Source: the human T2T-CHM13v2.0 reference genome, Homo sapiens
Direction: 5' to 3' (one strand)
DNA: 64,000 nucleotides
Assembly: GCF_009914755.1 (NCBI RefSeq)
Contig: NC_060948.1
This document shows, one piece after another, positions 1-19,224 of this stretch. Both the position numbers and the translations under genes were made by a program. The first letter of the stretch is position 1. The number at the start of each line of letters is the position of its first letter. The notes beneath the pieces are model-generated. The model had not been told where the DNA came from, did no database searches, and saw only the letters and a program-made list of their open reading frames with translations.

Positions 1-440
1 ATTTTTTAAATAACATATTTTGAAAGCCTTAACTAGTAATTTGAAGAGTTGGCATTTGAAAGGCCAGTATGAATATACCTTCAAAGCAGCAACACAGGTT
101 CCCCATGAGAAAAAGCAAACACAGGGAAAATAAAAACACAAAGGTTCAATCTCTTCTGACCTTTGAAAGACACAGCACAGACAGTGGTCCTTAGGACGAA
201 GAGCAGGAGACCCCTAATTCCGTCACCATGGCGATACGGCATAAACATTGCTGGGTGAGGGCACAATCCACATTGTGAGGTCCAACTGCTGCCAGGAAGA
301 CAGGAGTGCTTTTACATAGACCGAAAGGTCATTGAAGGCTCAGAGTTTTGTTTCAAGAACTGAATCCCAAGCCCACACGTTATTAGGCTGCGCTTCTTAA
401 AACAAGTTATGAGATGGGAAAAAGGGCACCCACAAACATA
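1..440. repeat. HSATI-like segment of the DYZ2 monomer (partial at window start)
   Basis: Mixed-composition segment that ends where the AT-rich block begins (about 440). The same sequence recurs in every monomer. The right boundary is approximate. Confidence 0.75.
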
Positions 441-2114
<1,674 letters not shown>

Positions 2115-2117
2115 TAG

Positions 2118-2147
2118 CTGGGACTACACCACACTGGGACTACACCA
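2118..2147. repeat. Direct duplication CTGGGACTACACCA x2 inside the Alu right arm (in every monomer)
   Basis: Copies at 2118-2131 and 2134-2147, separated by CA. The Alu consensus has a single CTGGGACTACA. Confidence 0.9.
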
Positions 2148-2217
2148 GCTGCCACCATGCCTAGCTAATTTTTTGGATTTTTAGTAGTGACAGCGTTTCA
2201 CTGTATTGGCCAGGATG

Positions 2218-2288
2218 GTCTTGATCTCTTCACCTTGTGATCCCCTTGCCTTGGCCTCCAAATTTGCTGGGATTACAGGCCTGAGCCA
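2218..2288 (-). promoter_or_regulatory. Alu internal Pol III A and B box remnants (representative copy)
   Basis: On the minus strand, the A box reads TGGCTCAGGCC (2288-2278; Alu consensus TGGCTCACGCC) and the B box reads GATCAAGAC (2226-2218), which fits GWTCRANNC. Activity is not shown. Confidence 0.45.
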
Positions 2289-2860
2289 AGATCCATATTT
2301 TTTAAATGAAAAAAAATTTCAAAGGTACTCTGCTTGGTACAATAATCAAATGTATAAACTGAGGAATAAAACATAACCATGAAACCTACTTATAACTGCA
2401 TATGGAAAATACAGAGGATAATTTTTTAAATAACATATTTTGAAAGCCTTAACTAGTAATTTGAAGAGTTGGCATTTGAAAGGCCAGTATGAATATACCT
2501 TCAAAGCAGCAACACAGGTTCCCCATGAGAAAAAGCAAACACAGGGAAAATAAAAACACAAAGGTTCAATCTCTTCTGACCTTTGAAAGACACAGCACAG
2601 ACAGTGGTCCTTAGGACGAAGAGCAGGAGACCCCTAATTCCGTCACCATGGCGATAGGGCATAAACATTGCTGGGTGAGGGCACAATCCACATTGTGAGG
2701 TCCAACTGCTGCCAGAAAGACAGGAGTGCTTTTACATAGACCGAAAGGTCATTGAAGGCTCAGAGTTTTGTTTCAAGAACTGAATCCCAAGCCCACACGT
2801 TATTAGGCTGCGCTTCTTAAAACAAGTTATGAGATGGGAAAAAGGGCACCCACAAACATA
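2289..2860. repeat. HSATI-like segment, first complete copy (~570 bp; follows every Alu copy)
   Basis: Lies between the Alu 5' end (2288) and the next AT-rich block. Its size and position agree with the HSATI component of DYZ2. The identification comes from known architecture, not from an alignment. Confidence 0.75.
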
Positions 2861-4416
2861 CGTATACATTATGTATATAATAATATACAGTATCATATAT
2901 ATAATATATATAACCTATGTATAATATTGTTTTACATCCTGCATCTTATGTTATATATATTGTATAAAATATAATAATTGATAATATATAAGTTTTATAA
3001 TTATACAATATGACATATAGTATATATTATAATTTATGACATATATAATATATGTTATATATCATATATAGAATATATTATACGGTTAATATACGTATTA
3101 AATATAAATTATACATTATATATATTATATATAATATATCTGTTATATATAATACCCATTATGCAAAATATATATATTATGTCTATGTTATATATAGTAT
3201 AAAACAACATATAATAATATATAATTGTATATATAAAATGCGACATATAATATATATTATATTTTATAACATATGTAATATATATTATATATTATATATA
3301 ATACGTTGTATGTATAATACCTATATTAAATATATATTATATGACTATGTTATTAATTACATGTCACATGTGTTATATATTATATATTTTACATAGAATA
3401 TACCGGTTACATACAATATATACTATGTTACCTATAATGTATAATTTATTACATGTAAAATAAAGAATGCAATATATTATGTATAATTTATAATATACCA
3501 TATGTGGAATGTGATATATATAACATATAATATATGATATATGATGTACAGTATATGATATATAACATACAATATATGATTCCTAATATATATGGTACAC
3601 AATATATATTTTATGATATGTATTCTATATGTTTTATATTCTGTTATATATAACTATTTGAAATTATATATAACTGTATAATATTTTATGTAAATATGTA
3701 ATATAATATATATAACTACATAATATATTATAAATAACTATATATTATGTTATATATACTTTTATAACATAATTTACATAAAATATCATAATATAACATA
3801 TATTATATTATTTCATATTACATAATATATATTACATATCACCCAATATAACTAACATACATAATATTATAATATACATTATATTATGTTATATTAAATA
3901 TCATATATATCATGTATCATATATTCTATAATATATATTACACATTATATAATATGTATGTTGTCTATTATGTGATATATATAACTCTATATATAATTAT
4001 ATTTTTATACATATAACTAGATAAACATGTAATTCTACATATTTTCATTTATAATATGTAGAATTATATAATCATATATAATTATTTATATTCTATAAAA
4101 AATTTTATCATTATATAAATTATAATATATAAAAATTATAATGTGTACTACAAATATATATATTATATATCATATATGATATAGTACCTTTGTTATATTT
4201 CATAATACATATAAATGTGTATTATGTTATCTATAATTATATAATTTCATATATAAGATGTATAATATGTATCATATATTATATATGTTATGTAATATAT
4301 ACAGTATATATAAGATGACACAGGATAAATATTATATACTATGACATATAAAATATATGAGGTTATATGTTACATATAAGGCATAGCACATAACATGTAA
4401 TATATATCATATATAA

Positions 4417-4708
4417 TTTTTTTTTAGACAGAATCTTGTCCTGTTGCACAGGGTGGGGTACAATGGGGCCATCTTTGCTCACTGCAACTTCTGCCTCACG
4501 GGTCCAAGCGATTGTCCTCCCTCAGCCTCCCAGGTAGCTGGGACTTCACCACACTGGGACTACACCAGCTGCCACCATGCCTAGCTAATTTTTTGGATTT
4601 TTAGTAGTGACAGCGTTTCACTGTATTGGCCAGGATGGTCTTGATCTCTTCACCTTGTGATCCCCTTGCCTTGGCCTCCAAATTTGCTGGGATTACAGGC
4701 CTGAGCCA
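4417..4708 (-). mobile_element. Alu copy, U2
   Basis: Same as the U1 Alu; GGCGCC>GGGGCC at 4467. Confidence 0.95.
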
Positions 4709-6813
4709 AGATCCATATTTTTTAAATGAAAAAAAATTTCAAAGGTACTCTGCTTGGTACAATAATCAAATGTATAAACTGAGGAATAAAACATAACCAT
4801 GAAACCTACTTATAACTGCATATGGAAAATACAGAGGATAATTTTTTAAATAACATATTTTGAAAGCCTTAACTAGTAATTTGAAGAGTTGGCATTTGAA
4901 AGGCCAGTATGAATATACCTTCAAAGCAGCAACACAGGTTCCCCATGAGAAAAAGCAAACACAGGGAAAATAAAAACACAAAGGTTCAATCTCTTCTGAC
5001 CTTTGAAAGACACAGCACAGACAGTGGTCCTTAGGACGAAGAGCAGGAGAACCCTAATTCCGTCACCATGGCGATACGGCATAAACATTGCTGGGTGAGG
5101 GCACAATCCACATTGTGAGGTCCAACTGCTGCCAGGAAGACAGGAGTGCTTTTACATAGACCGAAAGGTCATTGAAGGCTCAGAGTTTTGTTTCAAGAAC
5201 TGAATCCCAAGCCCACACGTTATTAGGCTGCGCTTCTTAAAACAAGTTATGAGATGGGAAAAAGGGCACCCACAAACATACGTATACATTATGTATATAA
5301 TAACATACAGTATCATATATATACTATATATAACCTATGTATAATATTGTTTTACATCCTGCATCTTATGTTATATATATTGTATAAAATATAATAATTG
5401 ATAATATATAAGTTTTATAATTATAAAATATGACATATAGTATATATTATAATTTATGACATATATAATATATGTTATATATCATATATAGAATACATTA
5501 TACGGTTAATATACGTATTAAATATAAATTATACATTATATATATTATATATAATATATCTGTTATATATAATACCCATTATGCATAATATATATATTAT
5601 GTCTATGTTATATATAGTATAAAACAACATATAATAATATATAATTGTATATATAAAATGCGACATATAATATATATTATATTTTATAACATATGTAATA
5701 TATATTATATATTATATATAATACGTTGTATGTATAATACCTATATTAAATATATATTATATGACTATGTTATTAATTACATGTCACATGTGTTATATAT
5801 TATATATTTTACATAGAATATACCGGTTACATACAATATATACTATGTTACCTATAATGTATAATTTATTACATGTAAAATAAAGAATGCAATATATTAT
5901 GTATAATTTATAATATACCATATGTGGAATGTGATATATATAACATATAATATATGATATATGATGTACAGTATATGATATATAACATACAATATATGAT
6001 TCCTAATATATATGGTACACAATATATATTTTATGATATGTATTCTATATGTTTTATATTCTGTTATATATAACTATTTGAAATTATATATAACTGTATA
6101 ATATTTTATGTAAATATGTAATATAATATATATAACTACATAATATATTATAAATAACTATATATTATGTTATATATACTTTTATAACATAATTTACATA
6201 AAATATCATAATATAACATATATTATATTATTTCATATTACATAATATATATTACATATCACCCAATATAACTAACATACATAATATTATAATATAGATT
6301 ATATTATGTTATATTAAATATCATATATATCATGTATCATATATTCTATAATATATATTACACATTATATAATATGTATGTTGTCTATTATGTGATATAT
6401 ATAACTATATATATAATTATATTTTTATACATATAACTAGATAAACATGTAATTCTACATATTTTCATTTATAATATGTAGAATTATATAATCATATATA
6501 ATTATTTATATTCTATAAAAAATTTTATCATTATATAAATTCTAATATATAAAAATTATAATATGTACTACAAATATATATATTATATATCATATATGAT
6601 ATAGTACCTTTGTTATATATCATAATACATATAAATGTGTATTATGTTATCTATAATTATATAATTTCATATATAAGATGTATAATATGTATCATATATT
6701 ATATATGTTATGTAATATATACAGTATATATAAGATGACACAGGATAAATATTATATACTATGACATATAAAATATATGAGGTTATATGTTACATATAAG
6801 GCATAGCACATAA

Positions 6814-7128
<315 letters not shown>

Positions 7129-9231
7129 AGATCCATATTTTTTAAATGAAAAAAAATTTCAAAGGTACTCTGCTTGGTACAATAATCAAATGTATAAACT
7201 GAGGAATAAAACATAACCATGAAACCTACTTATAACTGCATATGGAAAATACAGAGGATAATTTTTTAAATAACATATTTTGAAAGCCTTAACTAGTAAT
7301 TTGAAGAGTTGGCATTTGAAAGGCCAGTATGAATATACCTTCAAAGCAGCAACACAGGTTCCCCAGGAGAAAAAGCAAACACAGGGAAAATAAAAACACA
7401 AAGGTTCAATCTCTTCTGACCTTTGAAAGACACAGCACAGACAGTGGTCCTTAGGACGAAGAGCAGGAGACCCCTAATTCCGTCACCATGGCGATAGGGC
7501 ATAAACATTGCTGGGTGAGGGCACAATCCACATTGTGAGGTCCAACTGCTGCCAGGAAGACAGGAGTGCTTTTACATAGACCGAAAGGTCATTGAAGGCT
7601 CAGAGTTTTGTTTCAAGAACTGAATCCCAAGCCCACACGTTATTAGGCTGCGCTTCTTAAAACAAGTTATGAGATGGGAAAAAGGGCACCCACAAACATA
7701 CGTATACATTATGTATATAATAATATACAGTATCATATATATAATATATATAACCTATGTATAATATTGTTTTACATCCTGCATCTTATGTTATATATAT
7801 TGTATAAAATATAATAATTGATAATATATAAGTTTTATAATTATACAATATGACATATAGTATATATTATAATTTATGACATATATAATATATGTTATAT
7901 ATCATATATAGAGTATATTATACGGTTAATATACGTATTAAATATAAATTATACATTATATATATTATATATAATATATCTGTTATATATAATACCCATT
8001 ATGCATAATATATATATTATGTCTATGTTATATATAGTATAAAACAACATATAATAATATATAATTGTATATATAAAATGCGACATATAATATATATTAT
8101 ATTTTATAACATATGTAATATATATTATATATTATATATAATACGTTGTATGTATAATACCTATATTAAATATATATTATATGACTATGTTATTAATTAC
8201 GTGTCACATGTGTTATATATTATATATTTTACATAGAATATACCGGTTACATACAATATATACTATGTTACCTATAATGTATAATTTATTACATGTAAAA
8301 TAAAGAATGCAATATATTATGTATAATTTATAATATACAATATGTGGAATGTGATATATATAACATATAATATATGATATATGATATACAGTATATGATA
8401 TATAACATACAATATATGATTCCGAATATATATGGTATACAATATATATTTTATGATATGTATTCTATATGTTTTATATTCTGTTATATATAACTATTTG
8501 AAATTATATATAACTGTATAATATTTTATGTAAATATGTAATATAATATATAACTATATAATATATTATATATAACTATATATTATGTTATATATACTTT
8601 TATAACATAATTTACATAAAATATCATAATATAATATATATTATATTATTTCATATTACATAATATATACTACATATCACCCAATATAACTAACATACAT
8701 AATATTATAATATAGATTATATTGTGTTATATTAAATATCATATATATCATGTATCATATATTCTATAATATATATTACACATTATATAATATGTATGTT
8801 GTCTATTATGTGATATATATAACTATATATATAATTATATTTTTATACATATAACTAGATAAACATGTAATTCTACATATTTTCATTTATAAAATGCAGA
8901 ATTATATAATCATATATAATTATTTATATTCTATAAAAAATTTTATCATTATACAAATTATAATATATAAAAATTATAATATGTACTACAAATATATATA
9001 TTATATATCATATATGATATAGTACCTTTGTTATATATCATAATACATATAAATGTGTATTATGTTATCTATAATTATATAATTTCATATATAAGATGTA
9101 TAATATGTATCATATATTATATATGTTATGTAATATATATAGTATATATAAGATGACACAGGATAAATATTATATACTATGACATATTAAATATATGAGG
9201 TTATATGTTACATATAAGGCATAGCACATAA

Positions 9232-9546
<315 letters not shown>

Positions 9547-11649
9547 AGATCCATATTTTTTAAATGAAAAAAAATTTCAAAGGTACTCTGCTTGGTACAA
9601 TAATCAAATGTATAAACTGAGGAATAAAACATAACCATGAAACCTACTTATAACTGCATATGGAAAATACAGAGGATAATTTTTTAAATAACATATTTTG
9701 AAAGCCTTAACTAGTAATTTGAAGAGTTGGCATTTGAAAGGCCAGTATGAATATACCTTCAAAGCAGCAACACAGGTTCCCCAGGAGAAAAAGCAAACAC
9801 AGGGAAAATAAAAACACAAAGGTTCAATCTCTTCTGACCTTTGAAAGACACAGCACAGACAGTGGTCCTTAGGACGAAGAGCAGGAGACCCCTAATTCCG
9901 TCACCATGGCGATAGGGCATAAACATTGCTGGGTGAGGGCACAATCCACATTGTGAGGTCCAACTGCTGCCAGGAAGACAGGAGTGCTTTTACATAGACC
10001 GAAAGGTCATTGAAGGCTCAGAGTTTTGTTTCAAGAACTGAATCCCAAGCCCACACGTTATTAGGCTGCGCTTCTTAAAACAAGTTATGAGATGGGAAAA
10101 AGGGCACCCACAAAGATACGTATACATTATGTATATAATAATATACAGTATCATATATATAATATATATAACCTATGTATAATATTGTTTTACATCCTGC
10201 ATCTTATGTTATATATATTGTATAAAATATAATAATTGATAATATATAAGTTTTATAATTATACAATATGACATATAGTATATATTATAATTTATGACAT
10301 ATATAATATATGTTATATATCATATATAGAATATATTATACGGTTAATATACGTATTAAATATAAATTATACATTATATATATTATATATAATATATCTG
10401 TTATATATAATACCCATTATGCAAAATATATATATTATGTCTATGTTATATATAGTATAAAACAACATATAATAATATATAATTGTATATATAAAATGCG
10501 ACATATAATATATATTATATTTTATAACATATGTAATATATATTATATATTATATATAATACGTTGTATGTATAATACCTATATTAAATATATATTATAT
10601 GACTATGTTATTAATTACGTGTCACATGTGTTATATATTATATATTTTACATAGAATATACCGGTTACATACAATATATACTATGTTACCTATAATGTAT
10701 AATTTATTACATGTAAAATAAAGAATGCAATATATTATGTATAATTTATAATATACAATATGTGGAATGTGATATATATAACATATAATATATGATATAT
10801 GATGTACAGTATATGATATATAACATACAATATATGATTCCTAATATATATGGTATACAATATATATTTTATGATATGTATTCTATATGTTTTATATTCT
10901 GTTATATATAACTATTTGAAATTATATATAACTGTATAATATTTTATGTAAATATGTAATATAATATATAACTATATAATATATTATATATAACTATATA
11001 TTATGTTATATATACTTTTATAACATAATTTACATAAAATATCATAATATAATATATATTATATTATTTCATATTACATAATATATACTACATATCACCC
11101 AATATAACTAACATACATAATATTATAATATAGATTATATTGTGTTATATTAAATATCATATATATCATGTATCATATATTCTATAATATATATTACACA
11201 TTATATAATATGTATGTTGTCTATTATGTGATATATATAACTATATATATAATTATATTTTTATACATATAACTAGATAAACATGTAATTCTACATATTT
11301 TCATTTATAAAATGCAGAATTATATAATCATATATAATTATTTATATTCTATAAAAAATTTTATCATTATACAAATTATAATATATAAAAATTATAATAT
11401 GTACTACAAATATATATATTATATATCATATATGCTATAGTACCTTTGTTATATATCATAATACATATAAATGTGTATTATGTTATCTATAATTATATAA
11501 TTTCATATATAAGATGTATAATATGTATCATATATTATATATGTTATGTAATATATATAGTATATATAAGATGACACAGGATAAATATTATATACTATGA
11601 CATATTAAATATATGAGGTTATATGTTACATATAAGGCATAGCACATAA

Positions 11650-11964
<315 letters not shown>

Positions 11965-14069
11965 AGATCCATATTTTTTAAATGAAAAAAAATTTCAAAG
12001 GTACTCTGCTTGGTACAATAATCAAATGTATAAACTGAGGAATAAAACATAACCATGAAACCTACTTATAACTGCATATGGAAAATACAGAGGATAATTT
12101 TTTAAATAACATATTTTGAAAGCCTTAACTAGTAATTTGAAGAGTTGGCATTTGAAAGGCCAGTATGAATATACCTTCAAAGCAGCAACACAGGTTCCCC
12201 ATGAGAAAAAGCAAACACAGGGAAAATAAAAACACAAAGGTTCAATCTCTTCTGACCTTTGAAAGACACAGCACAGACAGTGGTCCTTAGGACGAAGAGC
12301 AGGAGACCCCTAATTCCGTCACCATGGCGATAGGGCATAAACATTGCTGGGTGAGGGCACAATCCACATTGTGAGGTCCAACTGCTGCCAGGAAGACAGG
12401 AGTGCTTTTACATAGACCGAAAGGTCATTGAAGGCTCAGAGTTTTGTTTCAAGAACTGAATCCCAAGCCCACACGTTATTAGGCTGCGCTTCTTAAAACA
12501 AGTTATGAGATGGGAAAAAGGGCACCCACAAACATACGTATACATTATGTATATAATAATATACAGTATCATACATATAATATATATAACCTATGTATAA
12601 TATTGTTTTACAACCTGCATCTTATGTTATATATATTGTATAAAATATAATAATTGATAATATATAAGTTTTATAATTATACAATATGACATATAGTATA
12701 TATTATAATTTATGACATATATAATATATGTTATATATCATATATAGAGTATATTATACGGTTAATATACGTATTAAATATAAATTATACATTATATATA
12801 TTATATATAATATATCTGTTATATATAATACCCATTATGCATAATATATATATTATGTCTATGTTATATATAGTATAAAACAACATATAATAATATATAA
12901 TTGTATATATAAAATGCGACATATACTATATATTATATTTTATAACATATGTAATATATATTATATATTATATATAATACGTTGTATGTATAATACCTAT
13001 ATTAAATATATATTATATGACTATCTTATTAATTACATGTCACATGTGTTATATATTATATATTTTACATAGAATATACCGGTAACATACAATATATACT
13101 ATGTTACCTATAATGTATAATTTATTACATGTAAAATAAAGAATGCAATATATTATGTATAATTTATAATATACCATATGTGGAATGTGATATATATAAC
13201 ATATAATATATGATATATGATATACAGTATATGATATATAACATACAATATATGATTCCTAATATATATGGTATACAATATATATTTTATGATATGTGTT
13301 CTATATGTTTTATATTCTGTTATATATAACTATTTGAAATTATATATAACTGTATAATATTTTATGTAAATATGTAATATAATATATATAACTATATAAT
13401 ATATTATATATAACTATATATTATGTTATGTATACTTTTATAACATTATTTATATAAAATATCATAATATAATATATATTATATTATTTCATATTACATA
13501 ATATATATTACATATCACCCAATATAACTAACATACATAATATTATAATATAGATTATATTATGTTATATTAAATATCATATATATCATGTATCATATAT
13601 TCTATAATATATATTACACATTATATAATATGTATGTTGTCTACTATGTGATATATATAACTATATATATAATTATATTTTTATACATATAACTAGATAA
13701 ACATGTAATTCTACATATTTTCATTTATAATATGTAGAATTATATAATCATATATAATTATTTATATTCTATAAAAAATTTTATCATTATATAAATTATA
13801 ATATATAAAAATTATAATATGTACTACAAATATATATATTATATATCATATATGATATAGTACCTTTGTTATATATCATAATACATATAAATGTGTATTA
13901 TGTTATCTATAATTATATAATTTCATATATAAGATGTATAATATGTATCATATATTATATATGTTATGTAATATATATAGTATATATAAGATGACACAGG
14001 ATAAATATTATATAGTATGACATATAAAATATATCAGGTTATATGTTACATATAAGGCATAGCACATAA

Positions 14070-14384
<315 letters not shown>

Positions 14385-16512
14385 AGATCCATATTTTTTA
14401 AATGAAAAAAAATTTCAAAGGTACTCTGCTTGGTACAATAATCAAATGTATAAACTGAGGAATAAAACATAACCATGAAACCTACTTATAACTGCATATG
14501 GAAAATACAGAGGATAATTTTTTAAATAACATATTTTGAAAGCCTTAACTAGTAATTTGAAGAGCTGGCATTTGAAAGGCCAGTATGAATATACCTTCAA
14601 AGCAGCAACACCGGTTCCCCATGAGAAAAAGCAAACACAGGGAAAATAAAAACACAAAGGTTCAATCTCTTCTGACCTTTGAAAGACACAGCACAGACAG
14701 TGGTCCTTAGGACGAAGAGCAGGAGACCCCTAATTCCGTCACCATGGCGATAGGGCATAAACATTGCTGGGTGAGGGCACAATCCACATTGTGAGGTCCA
14801 ACTGCTGCCAGGAAGACAGGAGTGCTTTTACATAGACCGAAAGGTCATTGAAGGCTCAGAGTTTTGTTTCAAGAACTGAATCCCAAGCCCACACGTTATT
14901 AGGCTGCGCTTCTTAAAACAAGTTATGAGATGGGAAAAAGGGCACCCACAAACATACGTATACATTATGTATATAATAATATACAGTATCATATATATAA
15001 TATATATAACCTATGTATAATATTGTTTTACATCCTGCATCTTATGTTATATATATTGTATAAAATATAATAATTGATAATATATAAGTTTTATAATTAT
15101 ACAATATGACATATAGTATATATTATAATTTATGACATATATAATATATGTTATATGTCATATATAGAATATATTATACGGTTAATATACGTATTAAATA
15201 TAAATTATACATTATATATATTATATATAATATATCTGTTATATATAATACCCATTATGCAAAATATATATATTATGTCTATGTTATATATAGTATAAAA
15301 CAACATATAATAATATATAATTGTATATATAAAATGCGACATGTAATATATATTATATTTTATAACATATGTAATATATATTATATATTATATATAATAC
15401 GTTGTAATTATAATACCTATATTAAATATATATTATATGACTATCTTATTAATTACATGTCACATGTGTTATATATTATATATTTTACATAGAATATACC
15501 GGTTACATACAATATATACTATGTTACCTATAATGTGTAATTTATTACATGTAAAATAAAGAATGCAATATATTATGTATAATTTATAATATACCATATG
15601 TGGAATGTGATATATATAACATATAATATATGATATATGATGTACAGTATATGATATATAACATACAATATATGATTCCTAATATATATGGTATACAATA
15701 TATATTTTATGATATGTATTCTATATGTTTTATATTCTGTTATATATAACTATTTGAAATTATATATAACTGTATAATATTTTATGTAAATATGTAATAT
15801 AATATATATAACTACATAATATATTATAAATAACTATATATTATGTTATATATACTTTTATAACATAATTTACATAAAATATCATAATATAACATATATT
15901 ATATTATTTCATATTACATAATATATATTACATATCACCCAATATAACTAACATACATAATATTATAATATACATTATATTATGTTATATTAAATATCAT
16001 ATATATCATGTATCATATATTCTATAATATATATTACACATTATATAATATGTATGTTGTCTATTATGTGATATATATAACTATATATATAATTATATTT
16101 TTATACATATAACTAGATAAACATGTAATTCTACATATTTTCATTTATAATATGTAGAATTATATAATCATATATAATTATTTATATTCTATAAAAAATT
16201 TTAACATTATATAAATTATAATATATAAAAATTATAATATGTACTACAAATATATATATTATATATCATATATGATATAGTACCTTTGTTATATATCATA
16301 ATACATATAAATGTGTATTATGTTATCTATAATTATATAATTTCATATATAAGATGTATAATATGTATCATATATTATATATGTTATGTAATATATACAG
16401 TATATATAAGATGACACAGGATAAATATTATATACTATGACATATAAAATATATGAGGTTATATGTTACATATAAGGCATAGCACATAACATGTAATATA
16501 TATCATATATAA

Positions 16513-16804
16513 TTTTTTTTTAGACAGAATCTTGTCCTGTTGCACAGGGTGGGGTACAATGGGGCCATCTTTGCTCACTGCAACTTCTGCCTCACGGGTC
16601 CAAGCGATTGTCCTCCCTCAGCCTCCCAGGTAGCTGGGACTACACCACACTGGGACTACACCAGCTGCCACCATGCCTAGCTAATTTTTTGGATTTTTAG
16701 TAGTGACAGCGTTTCACTGTATTGGCCAGGATGGTCTTGATCTCTTCACCTTGTGATCCCCTTGCCTTGGCCTCCAAATTTGCTGGGATTACAGGCCTGA
16801 GCCA
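16513..16804 (-). mobile_element. Alu copy, U7
   Basis: Same as the U1 Alu; GGGGCC variant shared with U2. Confidence 0.95.
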
Positions 16805-18909
16805 AGATCCATATTTTTTAAATGAAAAAAAATTTCAAAGGTACTCTGCTTGGTACAATAATCAAATGTATAAACTGAGGAATAAAACATAACCATGAAA
16901 CCTACTTATAACTGCATATGGAAAATACAGAGGATAATTTTTTAAATAACATATTTTGAAAGCCTTAACTAGTAATTTGAAGAGTTGGCATTTGAAAGGC
17001 CAGTATGAATATACCTTCAAAGCAGCAACACAGGTTCCCCATGAGAAAAAGCAAACACAGGGAAAATAAAAACACAAAGGTTCAATCTCTTCTGACCTTT
17101 GAAAGACACAGCACAGACAGTGGTCCTTAGGACGAAGAGCAGGAGACCCCTAATTCCGTCACCATGGCGATAGGGCATAAACATTGCTGGGTGAGGGCAC
17201 AATCCACATTGTGAGGTCCAACTGCTGCCAGGAAGACAGGAGTGCTTTTACATAGACCGAAAGGTCATTGAAGGCTCAGAGTTTTGTTTCAAGAACTGAA
17301 TCCCAAGCCCACACGTTATTAGGCTGCGCTTCTTAAAACAAGTTATGAGATGGGAAAAAGGGCACCCACAAACATACGTATACATTATGTATATAATAAT
17401 ATACAGTATCATATATATACTATATATAACCTATGTATAATATTGTTTTACATCCTGCATCTTATGTTATATATATTGTATAAAATATAATAATTGATAA
17501 TATATAAGTTTTATAATTATACAATATGACATATAGTATATATTATAATTTATGACATATATAATATATGTTATATATCATATATAGAGTATATTATACG
17601 GTTAATATACGTATTAAATATAAATTATACATTATATATATTATATATAATATATCTGTTATATATAATACCCATTATGCATAATATATATATTATGTCT
17701 ATGTTATATATAGTATAAAACAACTTATAATAATATATAATTGTATATATAAAATGCGACATATAATATATATTATATTTAATAACATATGTAATATATA
17801 TTATATATTATATATAATACGTTGTATGTATAATACCTATATTAAATATATATTATATGACTATGTTATTAATTACATGTCACATGTGTTATATATTATA
17901 TATTTTACATAGAATATACCGGTTACATACAATATATACTATGTTACCTATAATGTATAATTTATTACATGTAAAATAAAGAATGCAATATATTATGTAT
18001 AATTTATAATATACAATATGTGGAATGTGATATATATAACATATAATATATGATATATGATATACAGTATATGATATATAACATACAATATATGATTCCT
18101 AATATATATGGTATACAATATATATTTTATGATATGTATTCTATATGTTTTATATTCTGTCATATATAACTATTTGAAATTATATATAACTGTATAATAT
18201 TTTATGTAAATATGTAATATAATATATATAACTATATAATATATTATATATAACTATATATTATGTTATATATACTTTTATAACATTATTTACATAAAAT
18301 ATCATAATATAATATATATTATATTATTTCATATTACATATTATATATTACATATCACCCAATATAACTAACATACATAATATTATAATATAGATTATAT
18401 TATGTTATATTAAATATCATATATATCATGTATCATATATTCTATAATATATATTACACATTATATAATATGTATGTTGTCTATTATGTGATATATATAA
18501 CTATATATATAATTATATTTTTATACATATAACTAGATAAACATGTAATTCTACATATTTTCATTTATAATATGTAGAATTATATAATCATATATAATTA
18601 TTTATATTCTATAAAAAATTTTATCATTATATAAATTATAATATATAAAAATTATAATATGTACTACAAATATATATATTATATATCATATATGATATAG
18701 TACCTTTGTTATATATCATAATACATATAAATGTGTATTATGTTATCTATAATTATATAATTTCATATATAAGATGTATAATATGTATCATATATTATAT
18801 ATGTTATGTAATATATATAGTATATATAAGATGACACAGGATAAATATTATATACTATGACATATAAAATATATGAGGTTATATGTTACATATAAGGCAT
18901 AGCACATAA

Positions 18910-19224
<315 letters not shown>

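Noticed and set aside
55-86. Imperfect inverted repeat TTTGAAAGG...CCTTCAAA as a terminator or structured RNA
   Set aside because: Short bulged stem with no supporting context; expected by chance.
211-217. CCCTAA telomere-like hexamer
   Set aside because: A single copy per monomer, not a telomeric tract.
81-266. 61-aa minus-strand ORF repeated in every monomer
   Set aside because: Short, no recognisable domain, begins at a non-ATG codon, and lies in satellite DNA. Its recurrence reflects array homogeneity, not coding selection.
2346-2561. 71-aa minus-strand ORF repeated in every monomer
   Set aside because: Overlaps the 61-aa ORF in another frame, has a non-ATG start, and shows a composition typical of AT-rich non-coding DNA.
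3052-3396. 114-aa Ile/Tyr-rich ORF (also in U5, U7, U12) and the 62-aa ORF at 44463-44651
   Set aside because: These are translations of TA-rich low-complexity sequence. The 114-aa frame is open only where a single T>A (GCATAA>GCAAAA) removes a stop.
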